The notes under the pieces were generated by a model, which saw only the letters and a list, made by a program, of their open reading frames with translations, ran no database searches and was not told where the DNA came from. Both the position numbers and the translations under genes were made by a program. This document shows positions 60,126-64,000 of a stretch of 64,000 bases of DNA, piece after piece; position 1 is the stretch's first letter, and the number at the start of each line of letters is the position of its first letter. Source of the stretch: Lepidodermella squamata (taxonomy: Eukaryota > Animalia > Gastrotricha); the NCBI GenBank assembly GCA_047495785.1, contig JBLDXI010000024.1, positions 2,914,001-2,978,000 of the forward strand. Direction: 5' to 3'.

Positions 60126-61297
60126 ACAGTGACTTGTGGTGTTTGCTATGGCTACTACCTCAACCCGAAAAATATGCCGAATTGCGGTCACACGTTCTGC
60201 GAAGCTTGCCTGGTTGAGATGCACCAAAGCAAAGGAGGAACTCAGATCGACTGCCCGGTGTGCCGAAAAGTCAGCGAAGTTGGGGCGGGTGGCATCGCTG
60301 CTTGGAACAAAAACGTCGTCGCTGCTCAAATCGCTGACATTATCCGAAAGCAGGTAGAGGAGGAGAAGCCTATTGAGCCTACTGAGGCCGAGCTACGCGA
60401 TCAATCGCTGGAATTTGAGTGCAAACACGCCAACAAGCAAAAAATTACATGCTCACATTGCAAGGCAGCCTTCTGCCAATTTTGTCTATTCGTGCATAAG
60501 GAGAAAATGAAGCAACGATTAAAAGAAATCAAAACAATGTTGCTAACCACCTATTCCAGCTCGGCTAGCTTGGAAGTTTTGAACGAAAGTTGCTCGAAAG
60601 CAAAGCGCCTTCTTGACGCCCAGATTGCTGGAGTTCACGAAATTGCTTCTGCAGTTGTAGCTATGATAAGGTGTGAAGTCGATGAAATTCTTGCCGATAA
60701 GCTTGGCCACATAATGCGGGAAGCTCAGCTCATGAAAGATGCGAAACTCAAAACGCAACGGGAGGCTGTTGAGCTTGCAAAAGGGTTGACTAGCCGCGAT
60801 GCAAGCAGCTTGAATCGGCGAATCGATGTTGTCTTATCCAGTTCGGTTCTCGACCACAATTGCGATAACCTTTCAGAGCTTCTGATGGAGGCTGAGAAAG
60901 CTTGTCAAACGGTATGAACAAAAATTAAATTATGTCATTTTTCTGACTATATTTGGTCTAGCTCGATACTGCGATTGATGCACCTGTTATAGACATCGAA
61001 TTTACACCGGCATCGGCAGAGGTTGAAAGTGTTCTGGCTTGTTTGCGACGCGATTTGACTCTGGGGTCGCTGTCAGGTGCAACTGCTTCTCGCCAGCAAC
61101 CGACTAATACCAGGACACGTGCAGTTACTGACGATGTTCTTGAATGTCTGCAGGAGTTACCTCTGGGGTTGCGGTCAGCTGCAGCTGCTCCTCGACAGCA
61201 ACCGACTAATACCCGGACGCGCTCTGATACTGAAGAGCAAATCGAATCGGATGCTCTTTTCGCGATGACGCTACTTGCTTTAAGTGACGAAGAGTGA
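60126..61297 (+). CDS. TRIM-like RING/B-box/coiled-coil protein with MIU-like tail (R11, class D); first exon not located
   Basis: Exons 60126-60911 and 60962-61297. Duplicated RQQPTNTRTR. Ends EEQIESDALFAMTLLALSDEE. Confidence 0.8.
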
Positions 61298-61399
61298 TTT
61301 CGCTCGCGTAATTCAGCTAATTTATTCCAAATATACCTAGGTTTGAACAGAAAATGAAAAAATGGAATTCATTTTGAGACGTCAGAAAAAGTCATGGGT

Positions 61400-61610
61400 C
61401 CCGAATGAGCGCTCTTAGGGTCGCTTGTTGGGGTGTCTTCTGTCTGACAGCTAGATAGCGATTAGTGCAGTCTCACTGACACTCCTACTCAGCCACTTTT
61501 CCCTTTTGTAATACGATGGCGCGGTCACCCACTGTCGGAGTATAAAGCTTCCTTGATGAATCACGGTCGATCCGGGTGGGGATCGAACTCGTGCCCATAG
61601 TCACCCTCGA
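61400..61610 (-). mobile_element. Possible tRNA-derived SINE
   Basis: Minus-strand Pol III B-box-like GAGTTCGATCCCC near 61578-61590. No clear A-box, no cloverleaf, and no second copy in the window. Confidence 0.25.
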
Positions 61611-61929
61611 TAATCACCCTGAGGTTAAACAAAACAACCTGAGTGTCAAGTAGCGCCGGGTCAAATGTTAAATTCAAGTAATGATTCGCTACGCCAAATG
61701 AAATGCGGTATGCTGATACATATATCCAATATTTCCTCACCGGGAATGTCGCGAATTCAAGTGAAAGGAGTTACGATTTTTATCTCACGAGCTCAGAGCG
61801 CGACAGGCTGCAATTTAACCATTGAAGCTGATAACGAATCATTGACAGAGTTTCAGTCAAATTATTGTAGCCACTCTCTATATACAAATACTCTGTAATC
61901 TGCAAGAATCGCCTGCCGAAAATAATGCA

Positions 61930-64000
61930 TGTTGAAAGTTGATTAGGTTATTATTCGATATAAATACTTGATCGATATTTAATTGTTAAATATTAATATA
62001 TTATTCTCAAAACCGCATCGACGCTTATTATCGATAGCTTGTCATTAATCATTATTGTTTACTAAACAATTGTCACTATAAATAGCAGTGAATTTGAAAA
62101 TAAACTTAACTCGTATCGTCATAAAACTGGGACTTATACTCTGCTTACCAACATTGGTTATGGGCCCAGGTCGTTGCAACTAAGCTATATATTCACCGCT
62201 GCATTTTTCGCTCTATTTTGTCGTAATTTCGCTACCTACATTTTTGTGGTCATATTCATACGATGACTGACAACCACCACCACCTTAAAAGTGATCCTAT
62301 CACTCTAACTGGCGCTGATAACTGGACAGCATGGTTCAAGCAAGTTCGCATCAATCTCGTGTCGGCTGATCTCTGAGGTGTTGTTGCTGGAACCGACCCC
62401 GAACCCGACTGGGACCGCGTGGCTGCGCCGACGGTAGAACCGGCCGCGCACGTCGCTTGGTCGAAGAAGCACCTCCGCGCAACTGGTCACATGATTTGCA
62501 GTATTTCCGCGTCGATTCTAGGGCTGTTGCCTGACTCGGACAACGCTAAGACAATCATGACCGCACTCAAAGCTCGGTTTGAGAATCCTTCGACTGGTAA
62601 CGTGATGTTTTTAACTCAACAGCTTTTCACTACAACGCTGCGTGAGGGTGAATCGCTTACGAATCACCTCCATCGTCTGAGGCGAATTCGCGATCAATTG
62701 ACCGCGTTGAGCTCGAACCTGCCGGATTCTCAATATATTGTCATTATTTTGAATAGTCTTCCGGCCAGTTATAACCAGGTGGTAACGGCGCTGCGAATTA
62801 CGAAATCTCTCGATTTAACCGATGTCGAAGCTGCTTTGGCAACCGAGGATCTACGACGTCTTACGCTGAAATCGAACAAATCTAATGGAGCGAGCGGTAC
62901 GAGTTCAGACGTGGCTTTGAAAACCGGCCACGGTAAGTTCCGTAACAATAAGAAGGCCACCATGGCATGTAGGAACTGTGGTCGGCTGGGGCATTTCGAG
63001 CGCGAATGCCGGTCTCCGAAGGAACCGCAAGCGAATTCTGGCGGCAATGGTCGTCAAAACGGCGGTTACAACGGCTACAATCGCAACAATGGCAACTACA
63101 ACAACGGGCGTAATCCAGGCAAGTCGTCGGGTGGCTACTACGGTAAGCCGCGCGCCAAGATGGTGACGGACGACTACGAGGAGCACGGCGAGCGTGTCTA
63201 CAGCCTGATGGTGCACTACGACGACGAGTACGAGTCGAACGAGCGATGGGTGCTCGACTCCGGCGCTTCGCAGCACATGACGAACCAAATCTCGATGTTC
63301 TGGTCCTACGAGGAGTTACCTGAGGACAGCGAACCGGTCCGTGCGGCTGATGGAAAGCCGATGGCATGTCTTGGCATTGGTACAGTTCGGCTGGCAATGC
63401 AAGAAATCGTTTTGCTGCAAAAAGTACTGTTCGTCCCTGATTTAAAGTGCAGTTTGTTCTCTGTAGGTGCAGCCATTAAGAGCCAGGAATGTCGATTAAT
63501 TTTCGACGAAAATCGTTGTGACATTTTTGATAAGAGCAACGACAAGTTGATCGGAGCAGCTTACCTACTACGCAAGATCTTCATTCTTGATGCTGACGTG
63601 ATCCGGCCAACGAAATTCGCGGCCATCGCGGCCGAACCGATTTCTCTGTGGCACCGTCGTTTGGCGCATTGCAACGAGCAAAAATTGCGTACTATGGCGA
63701 AGCAAGTTGATGGTTTCAAAATCGACCCGAAATCGCAACTTGGTTTCTGCGAACCCTGTGTTGCTGGCAAACAGTCACGTGAACCTCATTTTTCTGTGAA
63801 GATTCGGAGCAAGCGCGTGCTGGAGCGCTGTTTCATCGATCTGTGCGGGAAATTCAGCGTCGAATCGTTCACGCGCAAGTTGTACTTCGTTTTAATTATG
63901 GATGATTACAGCCGCTGGACTCACATTCAATTTCTGGCCAAGAAATCCGACGCTATTGATGCTTTTAAACTTTTTCATACTCAGATAACCGCATATTTAA
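61930..64000 (+). mobile_element. Ty1/Copia LTR retrotransposon (5' part, runs off the window)
   Basis: LTR TGTTG..CAACA at 61930-62153. Copia-type PBS GGTTATGGGCCCAG at 62156-62169. Polyprotein from ATG 62263 with knuckle CRNCGRLGHFEREC, protease WVLDSGASQHM, LWHRRLAH..CEPC and integrase IDLCG..DDYSR. One in-frame TGA at 62374. Confidence 0.93.

Noticed and set aside
62769-63770. Minus-strand ORFs at the right end
   Set aside because: Antisense shadows of the GC-rich Copia polyprotein.
1-64000. Assigning a species, or calling the whole window a defence island
   Set aside because: Sequence alone does not fix the taxon, and housekeeping-type genes (GALNT, GPCR) are interspersed, so functional clustering beyond the E3 genes is unsupported.

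Overview
Eukaryotic (invertebrate animal-like) genomic DNA with many short GT-AG introns (mostly about 50-70 nt). The ORF track therefore splits most genes, and I rebuilt exon structures by hand from splice sites and paralog comparison. The dominant feature is a tandem array of TRIM-like E3 ligase genes (C3HC4 RING, atypical C-x-H B-box, coiled coil): nine copies or remnants at about 5-32 kb and two more at 57-61 kb. They share one N-terminal core but carry three different C-termini. Class A has a rapidly diverging beta-propeller-like domain. Class B has a short tail ending in YVPPHLR(K), the motif known from the N-terminus of the Ded1/DDX3 helicases. Class D has an acidic tail resembling a MIU ubiquitin-binding motif. 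A and B genes alternate as a triplicated cassette with conserved GATA-containing promoters. One B copy was inactivated by a frameshift and by a young RT-less Gypsy LTR element and a hairpin-rich insert, both in coding sequence; it also carries a 2.5-kb inverted-repeat structure in intron 1. Other genes: a TMEM59-like domain + 2x Kunitz + GPI-like protein, two F-box genes with FBA-like tails, a DRAM/Frag1-like membrane protein, one intact and two broken GABA-B-like class C GPCRs, a secreted two-domain endonuclease (one dead, one live domain), a GalNAc-transferase, CR1/L2-type LINE fragments, several MITEs, and a Copia element running off the right edge. All functional interpretations are inference from sequence motifs; no searches were run.
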